64,000 nucleotides of DNA from an uncultured Candidatus Saccharibacteria bacterium (GCA_964547425.1 CAZJNH010000005.1:17703-81702), one strand, 5' to 3'. Counted from the first letter of the stretch, positions 27,308 through 37,302 are shown. Notes: generated by a model from the letters alone, not told the origin. A program made the numbers and translations.

Positions 27308-27355
27308 CCTATCTGAAAGTTTGTTTGACAAAGCTCAGATAGCATCAGATAGTAT
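27308..27355 (+). promoter_or_regulatory. Promoter with operator-like palindromes (CTATCTGA-N18-TCAGATAG, plus a third TCAGATAG)
   Basis: TTGACA at 27325..27330 and a -10-like GATAGT/TAGTAT. The inverted repeat pair flanks the -35, with an extra direct copy over the -10. Confidence 0.45.
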
Positions 27356-27384
27356 TGAAAGCATTACCGTTTCGAGGAAGATGA

Positions 27385-28944
27385 ATGAGGGGTCCAAACA
27401 GCGTGAGGGAATTTATCAGCCAGAAAAAGCAGGCCTATCTGGCCTTGTCGCAGGAAAACAAATTCTTCCAGCCCGGCCTGCTCGTGGTGGTAGCTCTGTT
27501 GGCGATTGTCGGTATCTACTTAATCTTCCGATCCTTTGCTGCCACCGTCCAAACTCTAACTTTTGGACCCATAGCCGACGCCACGGTCGCGAACAAAACC
27601 GCAGCTAGTACTAACTACGGAGCCAATACAACTTTGGTGGCGGTGGCTGGGTCAGCTACCACCAGCCGTAAGGATTTCTTACTGAAGTTCACGGTCAGTG
27701 GAATCTCTGGCAAGAAAATTGATTCGATCAAAGTTAAGTTATACGCCACCAACGGTTCGGCCTCCGGGGGCAAAATCTATGGTACCGCTAATACGGTAAT
27801 TAACTCAGATAATTCCGTCTCCGCTTTGCCCGACTGGAACGATGGTTCGGTTAATTGGAACACCGCTTACAAAACCGCCAACCCACCCCTTTTAGACTCA
27901 ATTGGCACAGTCTCAGCTGGTCATTGGTACAACTTTAATGTCACCGCCGCGGTCAAAGGTGATGGCACCTATACTTTTCGGGTAGCCAACGGCTCCGCTA
28001 ATAACGTTACTTACGGCTCTAAAGAATCCGCCACCCCGCCGCAACTGGTTGCCACCGTTGAGCAACCAGCTGACTCCACTCCCCCAAGTGCTCCGACCAA
28101 CCTTACAGCCGAAGTAAGAAGCGGCTCAATTACCGACCTATTTTGGACGCCCAGTATGGACAACGTTGGCGTGGTTAATTACTACGCTTATACCTCAGAT
28201 GGCACTATAGCTGGCGCCACATCTAACGAAGCGGCTGGTAGCACTTGGGTACACGTAGGTACAAAACCTGCCACTCAGTACAGCTACTACGTCAAGGCTG
28301 TCGACGCGTCAGGCAACCTCTCTGCTCCCTCAAACACCGTTACTATCACTAGCAACCCGATCGACACCACCGACCGCACCTGTGCCATGCCGGAAGGGTT
28401 CCAAATTGAAATCAACACGGCTGGTGGCTATACCTGCGACTCCATCTACTCAATGCTAAAAGAAAATGCCTACCCAAACGATTTCGCCAAAGTCACCGCC
28501 CACTTCAAAATAATGGTGCAAGACGTCTACCCGTCTTCGGTCACGGCGCATTCTAACACCGTCAACGGAACCACGTGGTATAGCGCAACGATGTACCTAA
28601 ATGGAGTTGGAAGCTCGTTTAGTGTTGACCCCGACGGCATTTTGGCTCACGAGTACGGCCATGTCTGGACGCTTTACGGGTGGAATATGCTCCATAACGA
28701 TGACTGGACCTTGTACAACAATATTCGCTGGGATGCCGACGATGGGTCGAGTATTATTGCCCAAAACCCTCTGCTACACAAATCGTATGAGTGGGACCAA
28801 GCCGAAATGATAGCAGAGGATTACCGATTACTGTTTGGGGGCCCAGCCGCTAAATATTTTAGACACATCAACCCCGATATCGCTGATCCAAGGCTTCAGC
28901 CCGGCCTCAAAGATTGGCTACTCCACACCTGGGCTAATGAATAA
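27385..28944 (+). CDS. Membrane-anchored surface protein: DNRLRE-like domain + fibronectin III + C-terminal HExxH putative zinc-metallopeptidase domain (paralog 1)
   Basis: N-terminal signal-anchor (LLVVVALLAIVGIYLIF). ADATV...KDFLLKF...LKLYAT pattern (DNRLRE-like), FN3 segment, and HEYGHVW motif. Confidence 0.7.
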   Translation: MRGPNSVREFISQKKQAYLALSQENKFFQPGLLVVVALLAIVGIYLIFRSFAATVQTLTFGPIADATVANKTAASTNYGANTTLVAVAGSATTSRKDFLLKFTVSGISGKKIDSIKVKLYATNGSASGGKIYGTANTVINSDNSVSALPDWNDGSVNWNTAYKTANPPLLDSIGTVSAGHWYNFNVTAAVKGDGTYTFRVANGSANNVTYGSKESATPPQLVATVEQPADSTPPSAPTNLTAEVRSGSITDLFWTPSMDNVGVVNYYAYTSDGTIAGATSNEAAGSTWVHVGTKPATQYSYYVKAVDASGNLSAPSNTVTITSNPIDTTDRTCAMPEGFQIEINTAGGYTCDSIYSMLKENAYPNDFAKVTAHFKIMVQDVYPSSVTAHSNTVNGTTWYSATMYLNGVGSSFSVDPDGILAHEYGHVWTLYGWNMLHNDDWTLYNNIRWDADDGSSIIAQNPLLHKSYEWDQAEMIAEDYRLLFGGPAAKYFRHINPDIADPRLQPGLKDWLLHTWANE

Positions 28945-30517
28945 AATGAAAGCGTTCATCAATCAGAAAAAACAAGCTTTTCACGCACTTGGCCAGCAGA
29001 ACAAATTCCTCCAACCGGGTCTGCTCGTGGTTGTGGCTCTTTTGGCTGTTGTCGGCATTTACCTTATCTTCCGCTCGTTTGCCGCTACCGTTCAAACCTT
29101 AACTTTTACACCTACGGCAGACGCAACGGTCGCGAACAAAGGTGCCGCAAATACTAATTATGGTACCAATCCAACCCTCATAGCGGTCGCCGGTACTAGC
29201 ACCACGGCCCGCAAGGATTTTTTGCTCAAGTTCACCGTCTCAGGAATCTCCGGGAAGAAAATCGATTCGATCAAGCTTAAGCTCTACGCTACTAACGGGT
29301 CAGGCTCGGGTGGCAAAATCTATGCCGCCAATAATACAGTCATTAGCTCAGATAACTCCACTTCGACGCTGCCGGATTGGACGGATGGTTCTGTGAATTG
29401 GAACAACGCCTACAAGATCGTTAACCCGCCAGTATTAGCTTCAGTTGGCTCGGTCTCCGCAGGGCACTGGTACTCCTTTGACGTTACTGCCGCGGTTAAA
29501 GTTGACGGTACTTACACATTCCGAGTGGCCTCAAGTTCGACCAACAACGTGGCTTACGGCTCAAAAGAGTCAGCGTACGCTCCTCAAATAGTAGCCACCG
29601 TCGAACCTCCTGCCGACACGATAGCTCCGACAGCACCAAGTGGGCTTAAGGGCTTTACGGTTGACTCGACCCGGGCAGATCTAAGCTGGACACCAAGCAG
29701 TGATGATCAAGGGGTTGTTGGGTATTATGTTTACGCTAACGGAGTTAAGGTCGACGAAACCCACTTCACCCAATTAATACCAGCCATAATGGCGGAGAAC
29801 TTAAGACCTTCCACCCTGAATAGCATTTACGTTAAGGCCGTAGACGCAGCTGGCAACCTGTCTCCGTCCTCCAATACCATTACTCTAACCACCAATCCAC
29901 CAGGGCCAACCATAGTTACATGCCCTACGACGGCGGAAGGAGTAAAGATAAGTATCAACTCAGCTTCCAGCTTTAGTTGCGCCTCCATCAACAACATCCT
30001 AAAAGCCAACGCGTACCCGGGAGACTTTGCTAAGATCGCGCCCCTTTTGACGATTAACGTGCAGGATACCATTCCGACGCAAGTAGCACCCTCCTTATCT
30101 AGTGAAAATGGCGTCTTTACGGCCTTCACGGCCATTCTTTACTTTAAAGGGGTAAATTCAACTGCTTCAATCGTCCCAGATCGCCAGCTAAGCCATGAGT
30201 ACGGCCATGTGTGGAATTTCTACCACGACTACATCGACCACAACGGGGATCTTCGCCTCAATAGGGAAAATTCAATATACGATAAAACCCGCTGGGACAT
30301 TGAGGATGGGGCCCTAACCATTAGTCAGAATCCATTGTTAAACCACTCCTACGAATGGCAAGACCAGGAAATCATTGCCGAGGACTACCGCCTACAATTC
30401 GGTTCGCTTCTAGGCATTGCCGAAGGTACTCAGATCAACCCCGACATCCCTGATCCCCGGAGTCAGCCTGGCCTGCGCGACTGGTTCCTCAACACCTGGG
30501 CCGTTAAACAGCCTTAG
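28937..30517 (+). CDS. Paralog 2 of the DNRLRE-FN3-HExxH surface protein
   Basis: About 55% identical to the upstream gene throughout, including the signal-anchor and HEYGHVW. Start taken at MNKMKAF, overlapping the upstream stop. Confidence 0.7.
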   Translation: MNKMKAFINQKKQAFHALGQQNKFLQPGLLVVVALLAVVGIYLIFRSFAATVQTLTFTPTADATVANKGAANTNYGTNPTLIAVAGTSTTARKDFLLKFTVSGISGKKIDSIKLKLYATNGSGSGGKIYAANNTVISSDNSTSTLPDWTDGSVNWNNAYKIVNPPVLASVGSVSAGHWYSFDVTAAVKVDGTYTFRVASSSTNNVAYGSKESAYAPQIVATVEPPADTIAPTAPSGLKGFTVDSTRADLSWTPSSDDQGVVGYYVYANGVKVDETHFTQLIPAIMAENLRPSTLNSIYVKAVDAAGNLSPSSNTITLTTNPPGPTIVTCPTTAEGVKISINSASSFSCASINNILKANAYPGDFAKIAPLLTINVQDTIPTQVAPSLSSENGVFTAFTAILYFKGVNSTASIVPDRQLSHEYGHVWNFYHDYIDHNGDLRLNRENSIYDKTRWDIEDGALTISQNPLLNHSYEWQDQEIIAEDYRLQFGSLLGIAEGTQINPDIPDPRSQPGLRDWFLNTWAVKQP

Positions 30518-31227
30518 AATTCTTGTTTGGAGTACCAGTGCTCTTCGTTCACGAACTTGCTGCGCTTACCTTCGATCATCGCCAGCTCTGTTTCGAAACT
30601 GGCAAACCTCTTTTTCAGTTTGCGCGCCTGGTCGATGCTCATCCATTTGTTGCGCCCGCCTTCAAACTTCTCGATCAGTTTGCCTTTCACGTTTGTACAG
30701 TGGACCACGAAAAACATTTTGTCTTCCATATTCTCGCCGGTTTCTTTGAGATAGGTGTGCTCGTGATAAAGTCCGGTCGTTTTGAAATCCGCTTCGAGCC
30801 CAGTTTCTTCCATCAGTTCCCGGCCGGCTGTGAGAGTTAGGGTCTCGCCCCACCGCACTTTGCCGGTCGGAAAGCCCCAATAACCGAAGTAGGGATTCTT
30901 CAAACGTTCCTGGAATAACAGCTGGCGCTGGCCCCGAAATTCCCGTTCAATCGCCAATAGCACCGCAACCTTAGGCTGGCGCTCAATGGTCTTGGAGTCG
31001 GTGTCGAGCTTGTTGGCGTACTCTTTGCCTTTTGGGCTTAACCGGTACTTCCCGCGGGAGACTTTTTCGACCAGACCGTAGTCTACCAACCGGGCGATGT
31101 GGAAGCTAAAGTGGTCACTAGACAGCCCGGTCGGCTTTTGGAGTTCCGAATATCCGGCGTGAGGCAAAAACAACAGTTCCCGCAGAATGCTGGTTTGGGC
31201 GGCATGGATCTTTACCTCGAGACTCAT
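30514..31227 (-). CDS. Winged-HTH + NUDIX hydrolase fusion
   Basis: N-terminal ArsR-like wHTH. Nudix box GKVRWGETLTLTAGRELMEETGL. Confidence 0.7.
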   Translation of the reverse strand: MSLEVKIHAAQTSILRELLFLPHAGYSELQKPTGLSSDHFSFHIARLVDYGLVEKVSRGKYRLSPKGKEYANKLDTDSKTIERQPKVAVLLAIEREFRGQRQLLFQERLKNPYFGYWGFPTGKVRWGETLTLTAGRELMEETGLEADFKTTGLYHEHTYLKETGENMEDKMFFVVHCTNVKGKLIEKFEGGRNKWMSIDQARKLKKRFASFETELAMIEGKRSKFVNEEHWYSKQEF

Positions 31228-31241
31228 GCGCCAATCTTAAC

Positions 31242-31778
31242 CTAAGCGGACAATAAATCTAGTAAAGTCGACTTTACTATTTCGGCATCACTCGGTTTTG
31301 TGAAGTGCCCGTGCCCATCAACTTCGATCTTTTTCGCGCCGATCTTTTCCGCGACCGCCCGAGCCGATTCTGGCGAAACCACATCGTCATCTTTCGACAG
31401 CAAGACCGTCACTTTTTCCTTCCAGCGCTTAACCCTCTCAACGTCTATCAACCGCTGCCATTTGTTGTCCGATTTCTTGTGCGGGATGTCGGGCGGAGCG
31501 ATTAATAACACTCCGTCGATATTTTTAGCGTTCGACTTCTCAAGATAAAAGATCACGGCCCGCGTCCCCAAACTGTGGCCAACCAGAAAAACCGGCTGGT
31601 CCGCCGATTCCACTTCTCGTTTGATTATTTCGATCCACTCCTCAGCTGGCGGATGCTTGTGCCCCGGCATCGCTGGAATTATCACTTCATGGCCGAGCTT
31701 CTCTAACTCCTCCCGAATCTGCGGATACCAATCCGCCTCCGGCTTCGACATATACCCATGAATAAAAACAAATTTCAT
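31242..31778 (-). CDS. Alpha/beta hydrolase, YdeN/RBBP9-like serine hydrolase
   Basis: VFIHGY...GHSLG nucleophile elbow. Start trimmed to MKFVFIHGY. Confidence 0.65.
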   Translation of the reverse strand: MKFVFIHGYMSKPEADWYPQIREELEKLGHEVIIPAMPGHKHPPAEEWIEIIKREVESADQPVFLVGHSLGTRAVIFYLEKSNAKNIDGVLLIAPPDIPHKKSDNKWQRLIDVERVKRWKEKVTVLLSKDDDVVSPESARAVAEKIGAKKIEVDGHGHFTKPSDAEIVKSTLLDLLSA

Positions 31779-32275
31779 TTTGGATAAATTAAATCGATCG
31801 CTATTTGCATTGAGGGTACGTACTTTCCCGGATTTTGGGCAACATCTTTGATAAGCTCTTCTTTCGGTACCCAAGCGACCTTTTCAACTTCATCTTCCTG
31901 AAGGCGAAATTCCGACTCCGGCCGGTCAAGCTTCGCGGTAAACAACTGAATCCATTGTTTGCGTGGCCCCACAGACATAAGTTTTGGACCTAACACAAAC
32001 TTCACTCCACTAAGCCCAATTTCTTCTTCGGCCTCTTTATAAATGTTGGATTCATAGGTCTCATCATGCTCAACCGTTCCGGCCACGGCGGGTCCCCATT
32101 TGTTTGGCTCCTTAGCCTTGGTATGGTGACGCTGGGCTATCAGGACATCGCCCTTCGAGTTAGTTAGCCAAAGCGCGGAGCAGCGGAAAATATCGATGCC
32201 TTCTCTGATCTTTCGCCGATCTAAACTTCCAATCACTTTGTCCTGATCATCAACGATTAGCACCTTCGGCTTCAC
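31775..32275 (-). CDS. NUDIX hydrolase
   Basis: Nudix box GTVEHDETYESNIYKEAEEEIGL. Confidence 0.7.
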   Translation of the reverse strand: MKPKVLIVDDQDKVIGSLDRRKIREGIDIFRCSALWLTNSKGDVLIAQRHHTKAKEPNKWGPAVAGTVEHDETYESNIYKEAEEEIGLSGVKFVLGPKLMSVGPRKQWIQLFTAKLDRPESEFRLQEDEVEKVAWVPKEELIKDVAQNPGKYVPSMQIAIDLIYPK

Positions 32276-32811
32276 TTCAACTTATCCAAAACGGCCGGGG
32301 CGAGTTCGGGGAAGTCTTTGTCCATGAAATGATTTCGATTGGCGAATTCGTGATAGTCGGTGTTCAACTTTTTGTGCACGAATCGTGATTCTTCCGCCGG
32401 AATGAATTCGTCGTCGGTCGAAGCAAACTGGATAATCCATTTTTGGTTAGCTTTGATTTTGTTCCATTGCCAGGGTTTATCGAAATAACCACTCTCTTTT
32501 TCGTCTTCGTAACCTAAATCAGTGTGGTAGGTGCCGATTAAGACCGAACCAAGAAGTTTGTGATCTTCGGCGTAACGCATGACCGCGATCGCACCCGACG
32601 AATGGCCAATGATTATCGTATTTTCGTCGGCCTTAAGTTCATTTTCGATGTATGGCAGCCAGAATTTTGCGCGAGCTTTAACGTTGTCCGGCATCGTTCC
32701 CGCCCAAACCTCAACCCCGGCTTTCTCCAGCTCCGTCTTAACCCCCGGGATCCAAATATCATTCCCCGTCGCCCCACCATTCCCGTGGATGATAATCACA
32801 CGCGGCTTCAT
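32272..32811 (-). CDS. Alpha/beta hydrolase, YdeN/RBBP9-like (second copy)
   Basis: IIHGNGG...GHSSG motif. It is a paralog of the gene at 31242..31778. Confidence 0.65.
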   Translation of the reverse strand: MKPRVIIIHGNGGATGNDIWIPGVKTELEKAGVEVWAGTMPDNVKARAKFWLPYIENELKADENTIIIGHSSGAIAVMRYAEDHKLLGSVLIGTYHTDLGYEDEKESGYFDKPWQWNKIKANQKWIIQFASTDDEFIPAEESRFVHKKLNTDYHEFANRNHFMDKDFPELAPAVLDKLK

Positions 32812-33470
32812 TGGAGTTCCTGGTATTCTTTAACACCTTTGACTAAATCACCAAACCCCGAAACTATGTGCGTTGGCCCGTAAGCCTTCAGTTTATCGAA
32901 GTCGTAAAATATCTCGTGCTGTTTAGGAAAAACCAAAATACTGTCTACGCCCGCATTCTTCGCTGCTTCGATATCCTTTGCCGAATCGCCGATCATCACC
33001 GCCTGCGCTTTTTCACCTCCTAATTCTTTGAGTGCCTTTTCTATGACCTCGGGATGGGGCTTGTGGCTAGTGACGTCATCGGCGGTCAAAATAACTTCAA
33101 AGTATGACCGAACCCCTGTGTTATCGAGTGGTTTTTTGATGTCTTGTGGTCTGGAACTAGTCAGCAAAGCAAGTTTTTTACCAGCCGCCTTAAGCTCTTC
33201 CAGCAATTGCTTGGCTCCCTCGTATAAGTGAACATGAGGGAGTTTTTCTTCTACAATTCGGTCCATTAGATCCATACAGGAAGTATAATCGGCTTCACTA
33301 ACTCCAAGATTCTTAGGACCGTTCCAGTTGCCGAATTGGTTAGCGATCTCTTTGTCGGTAGCATGAACGCCGAACTTTGCCATCGACTGCCGATAAGCTT
33401 CCAGCCAAATCTCAAGAGTGTTGGCGAGGCAGCCGTCCCAATCGAACAAGAAATAATCGTAGTTTTTCAC
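32808..33470 (-). CDS. HAD-IA phosphatase (beta-phosphoglucomutase-like)
   Basis: FDWDGCL, ...SSR...K... and GDSAKDIEAAKNAG motifs. Confidence 0.75.
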   Translation of the reverse strand: MKNYDYFLFDWDGCLANTLEIWLEAYRQSMAKFGVHATDKEIANQFGNWNGPKNLGVSEADYTSCMDLMDRIVEEKLPHVHLYEGAKQLLEELKAAGKKLALLTSSRPQDIKKPLDNTGVRSYFEVILTADDVTSHKPHPEVIEKALKELGGEKAQAVMIGDSAKDIEAAKNAGVDSILVFPKQHEIFYDFDKLKAYGPTHIVSGFGDLVKGVKEYQELQ

Positions 33471-33502
33471 TTCAGCTGGTCCCAGTTTTGGCCGATGACG
33501 GT
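33471..33502. repeat. Direct repeat R1: duplicate of the last about 10 codons of polA
   Basis: TTCAGCTGGTCCCAGTTTTGGCCGATG is identical to 34432..34458 and would encode ...IGQNWDQLK*. Confidence 0.8.
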
Positions 33503-33504
33503 CA

Positions 33505-34431
33505 TCAATTGAGTACCCCCGACTTATTTATGCTGTAGGTCCGGACGTGCGATTCGCCGAGCTCCGCGCTGCCATCCTCCTTCAGGATCCTGGTATGAGT
33601 TTCAAAACTGACTGGCTCGCCCGTCATTAGCAAGGAATGGGCTTCATCATCAAGGCTATAAAACGCTGGGCCAAACTGCCTTTTTCCGTCATGGCTTTGA
33701 TACACGACCGGATTAGTGACATCGAGCAAAATATGCACACCTTGCTTAGGCTCTAGAACCTGGAACGAATGCATTTCTTGAGTTTTTTGCCCTTGCGATT
33801 CGGTCTCTAGTTTACCCGCTACAAGTGTAGACTTAATGCCAGCGAATTTAAGTAAATTGTGCGTTACGGCAGCCCGTTCGGTACAGGCTGCAACGGCTTT
33901 GCCGGTCTCCTCAGCTTTATCGGCGAACTCTTTAATAGACATAACTCGCTCGGACTCAGTTCCATCTTCGTTGGGTTGAAGTACGCCAGCATCCATGATC
34001 ATCCGTTGCCTCTCAGACGAAGAACCAAAGCCCTTGAAGTAGACGGCTTGGCCATAAAATGCTTCTCGGATGGCCATATTAAAATAACCGGTCGGATCAT
34101 TCTCTGTCTGTGGCAACTTTTCAAAGTTGCGGTACTGCTTAATCCTGTCGACAAAGATTTTATAAGGCTGCTCATCGTCTAACTTATAGCTTCCTCCCAT
34201 CATCAAGTTGGGCGTGATTTCAGTCTCCGGGTGAATAAACTCAGCGTACGGTTTAGACATAGCATCGAGGTGTGTTTTGACACTCTTTTCATTCAGTTCG
34301 CTTAAGCGCTTATCAATAAATTCATCGTAGTTGATTGATTCAATGTTTGCTTGTTTATCGACGATCGCCGCCAATTCAGCCGGGTATTTTGGCTGCTCAG
34401 TCTCCGCGTTAAAGCCCTGGGTTTCGCTCAT
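33505..34431 (-). CDS. Hypothetical protein (308 aa) inserted between polA and the HAD gene
   Basis: Its ATGA start overlaps the polA stop. It is flanked by the 30-bp direct repeats R1 and R2. Confidence 0.6.
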   Translation of the reverse strand: MSETQGFNAETEQPKYPAELAAIVDKQANIESINYDEFIDKRLSELNEKSVKTHLDAMSKPYAEFIHPETEITPNLMMGGSYKLDDEQPYKIFVDRIKQYRNFEKLPQTENDPTGYFNMAIREAFYGQAVYFKGFGSSSERQRMIMDAGVLQPNEDGTESERVMSIKEFADKAEETGKAVAACTERAAVTHNLLKFAGIKSTLVAGKLETESQGQKTQEMHSFQVLEPKQGVHILLDVTNPVVYQSHDGKRQFGPAFYSLDDEAHSLLMTGEPVSFETHTRILKEDGSAELGESHVRTYSINKSGVLN

Positions 34432-37160
34432 TTCAGCTGGTCCCAGTTTTGGCCGATGGCAGTTGAGACTTCGATGGGAACGCCGAGGTCGTGGACGTTT
34501 TCCATTGTATCCTTCATGATTTTGGCGACCGCTTCGGCGTCCGTTTTATCGCATTCGGCGATCAATTCGTCGTGGATTTGCAGGAGCAGGTCGGCTTTGC
34601 CTTCCAGTTTTGGCGCCAGTTTGATCATAGCGATCCGCATAATGTCGGCCGCGGTACCCTGGATAGGCACGTTCACCGCCATGCGCTCGGCGGCGTTGGC
34701 GATCATAAAGTTGTTGGAGTTAATCTCCCCGCACGGCCGGCGGCGGCCAAACAAAGTTTCGACGTATTCGTTCTTGCGCGCGTCGGCTTTAACCTTGTCG
34801 ATGTACTCGCGAAGTTTCGGCCGTACCTGGTAGTAACGGTCAATGAAACCCTTGGCTTCCTCAAACGTCATGCCTGTACCCTGCGCCAAACTGTGCGCGC
34901 CCATACCGTAAAGCACGCCAAAGTTGGTGGTCTTGGCGTTGTAGCGCTGCTGTTTGGTAACTTTGTCGATCGGCACGCCATACAGCTCTGCCGCGGTTTG
35001 CTGATGAATGTCGATGCCCTCTTCGAAGGCTTTAATCATATCCTTGTCCTTCGAGAGAGCGGCAGCGACCCGCAGTTCAATCTGGGAGTAATCCGCGCCC
35101 ACAAACACCCGGCCTTTCGGGGCAATGAAGGCTTTGCGGATCTGCCGGCCCAGCTCGGTCCGGACCGGGATGTTCTGCAGGTTTGGATTTATCGAGTTCA
35201 GCCGGCCGGTTTGAGTAATGGTTTGGCTAAAGCTGGTGTGGATCCGGCCGTCGCCCGCCACCTGCTGCGGCAGTGTATCGATATAGGTGGTTTTGAGCTT
35301 CATCAGCTCCCGGAATTCCATTAAGTGGTCGATGATCGCGTGCGTGCCCTGAAGCTTGTCCAGTTCCTTCGCCGCGGTCGACAAACTGCCGGTTTTGCCC
35401 TTTTTTACACCTTGCGCTACCAAACCAAGCTTGTCGTAGAGAATCTTTGAGAGCTGCCCGGGGGCCGCGATATTAAACCGCTCGCCGGCTTGCTTATAAA
35501 TCTCCTGCTCAAGCTTGAGGATCTTGGCGCTGACTTCTTTATTCAGCTTCTTCAAGAATTCGACATCGAGAGAGATGCCGGCAATCTCCATTTCGGCCAG
35601 GACCTTTATCAGTGGCCAATCGGTTTCTTCAGCCAGTTTTTTGTAGTGCTTGTCGATGCCGGGCTTGAGTTTTTCATACAGCCTCCAGGTGACATCGGCG
35701 TCTTCGGCGGCGTAGCGAGTGGCGTCCTCGATGTTCGCCAGATCGAAAGTCGACTGGTTTTTGCCTCGGGGACCGATGAGATCCTCTATCGGGATCATCT
35801 CGATGCCCAGCTCACGGAAGGCCAGGTCGGAGAGCGTTGGTGTACGGGCTAGCGGGTTCAGAATAAAGCCGGCGATCATTGTGTCGAACGCTAAGTTTGA
35901 GATTTTGGCGCCATGTTTGCGCATAACCTCGTAGTCAAACTTGAGGTTGTGGCCGACGATTTGGCTCTTGGGATTCTCCAAAACCGGCCTAATAATTTCA
36001 ACGGCAATTTTAGTTTCCAGCTGCAGCCCTTCTTTGTGTCCGGTGGGAATGTAATACGCCTCTCCCTCCTTAAAACTGACCGACATACCAACCAAGTTGG
36101 CGGTCAAAGTATCCAGCGCGTCGGTCTCGACGTCGAACGCGAAAACCCGTTTTTGTTCAAGTTTTTTGACCAGCTCGCGCAGAGCTTTTTCGTCCGCAAC
36201 CGTAATGTAATTTGATTGTTCAATGTGCGTGCGTTTGACCGGCTCGGCCGCGCCCTCGAACAGCGTGCCCTGGCCGCCAGCGCTGCCACCCGGTAGTTTG
36301 TCCAGTAAACTTTTAAAGCCCATGTTCCTGAACAAGTTGTGCAGAGCCTGCCGGTCGACGTTACCAACCCGGACCTTCTCCAGATCAAGCTTGTACGGCG
36401 CGTCACACATAATCGTGGCTAATTTATAGCTTAAATAGGCGATATCTTTGTTATCCCGCAGTTTCTCCTGAACTTTGCCGGGGATCTCATCCAAGTGCTC
36501 ATAGATGCCATCGAGGCTTTTATACTCTGCCAGCAAACCAACCGCCGTTTTGTCGCCGACTCCCGGCACGCCGGGGATGTTGTCGCTCGAGTCGCCGGCC
36601 AGCGCTTTGTAATCGATCACCTGGTCCGGTTTAAAGCCGTAGCGTTCGTAAGCCTTAGCCGCGTCGATTATTTCGGTGTCGGTCATCCCCCGGCGCTGCA
36701 TAAAGATCGAAACGTGAGGGTGGTTATCTAGTAACTGGAAAGTGTCGCGGTCGTTGGTAACGACGATGATTTCGAGATTTTTGTCGGCTTGCTCAATGAT
36801 CGTTCCAATAATGTCGTCGGCCTCATAACCGTCTAGCTCGACCAACGGCAAACCCATCGCGGCTGCAAACTCCATTACATGAGGGATTTGAGCCTTAAAG
36901 TCATCCGGCATCACCTTGCGGGTAGCTTTGTACTCCGGGTACATCGCGAGGCGTTTGGTCAGCGCCGTTTTGGCCTTGTCCCAGGTGAGAATTGCGTAAT
37001 CCGGCTTGAGATCAGCGTAGGCTTTTAAAACCATTTGGGCGAAGCCGTAAACCCCGCCGGTCGGCTGGCCTTCGGGAGATGTCAAATTTCCCAGCGCGTG
37101 GTACGCCCGGTAAAACACCGCCTTCCCGTCTATTAAAACCAACCTCGGCTTCTTTGCCAT
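34428..37160 (-). CDS. polA: DNA polymerase I
   Basis: 910 aa with 5'-3' exonuclease, 3'-5' exonuclease-like and polymerase domains (motifs A/B/C). Confidence 0.95.
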   Translation of the reverse strand: MAKKPRLVLIDGKAVFYRAYHALGNLTSPEGQPTGGVYGFAQMVLKAYADLKPDYAILTWDKAKTALTKRLAMYPEYKATRKVMPDDFKAQIPHVMEFAAAMGLPLVELDGYEADDIIGTIIEQADKNLEIIVVTNDRDTFQLLDNHPHVSIFMQRRGMTDTEIIDAAKAYERYGFKPDQVIDYKALAGDSSDNIPGVPGVGDKTAVGLLAEYKSLDGIYEHLDEIPGKVQEKLRDNKDIAYLSYKLATIMCDAPYKLDLEKVRVGNVDRQALHNLFRNMGFKSLLDKLPGGSAGGQGTLFEGAAEPVKRTHIEQSNYITVADEKALRELVKKLEQKRVFAFDVETDALDTLTANLVGMSVSFKEGEAYYIPTGHKEGLQLETKIAVEIIRPVLENPKSQIVGHNLKFDYEVMRKHGAKISNLAFDTMIAGFILNPLARTPTLSDLAFRELGIEMIPIEDLIGPRGKNQSTFDLANIEDATRYAAEDADVTWRLYEKLKPGIDKHYKKLAEETDWPLIKVLAEMEIAGISLDVEFLKKLNKEVSAKILKLEQEIYKQAGERFNIAAPGQLSKILYDKLGLVAQGVKKGKTGSLSTAAKELDKLQGTHAIIDHLMEFRELMKLKTTYIDTLPQQVAGDGRIHTSFSQTITQTGRLNSINPNLQNIPVRTELGRQIRKAFIAPKGRVFVGADYSQIELRVAAALSKDKDMIKAFEEGIDIHQQTAAELYGVPIDKVTKQQRYNAKTTNFGVLYGMGAHSLAQGTGMTFEEAKGFIDRYYQVRPKLREYIDKVKADARKNEYVETLFGRRRPCGEINSNNFMIANAAERMAVNVPIQGTAADIMRIAMIKLAPKLEGKADLLLQIHDELIAECDKTDAEAVAKIMKDTMENVHDLGVPIEVSTAIGQNWDQLK
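34432..34463. repeat. Direct repeat R2 (native 3' end of polA)
   Basis: See R1. Confidence 0.8.
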
Positions 37161-37266
37161 AGCTCATTAATTATACCTGGGAAAGAGGAGAGCGCGACAT
37201 GCCCGGAGGGTCGGCTTAGCCGATCGCGCGAGATGAGGAGAAAACCCTGGTTGTCTCCTCATAGAT

Positions 37267-37302
37267 AAAGACGAACCCCGAAGGGTCCGCCTTCGGGGCT
37301 TA
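37267..37302 (-). terminator. Repeated stop-codon-embedded intrinsic terminator (copy 1)
   Basis: The minus strand reads TAA-GCCCCGAAGG-cggac-CCTTCGGGG-UUCGUCUUU. An identical 36-nt sequence lies at 38212..38246. Confidence 0.6.
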
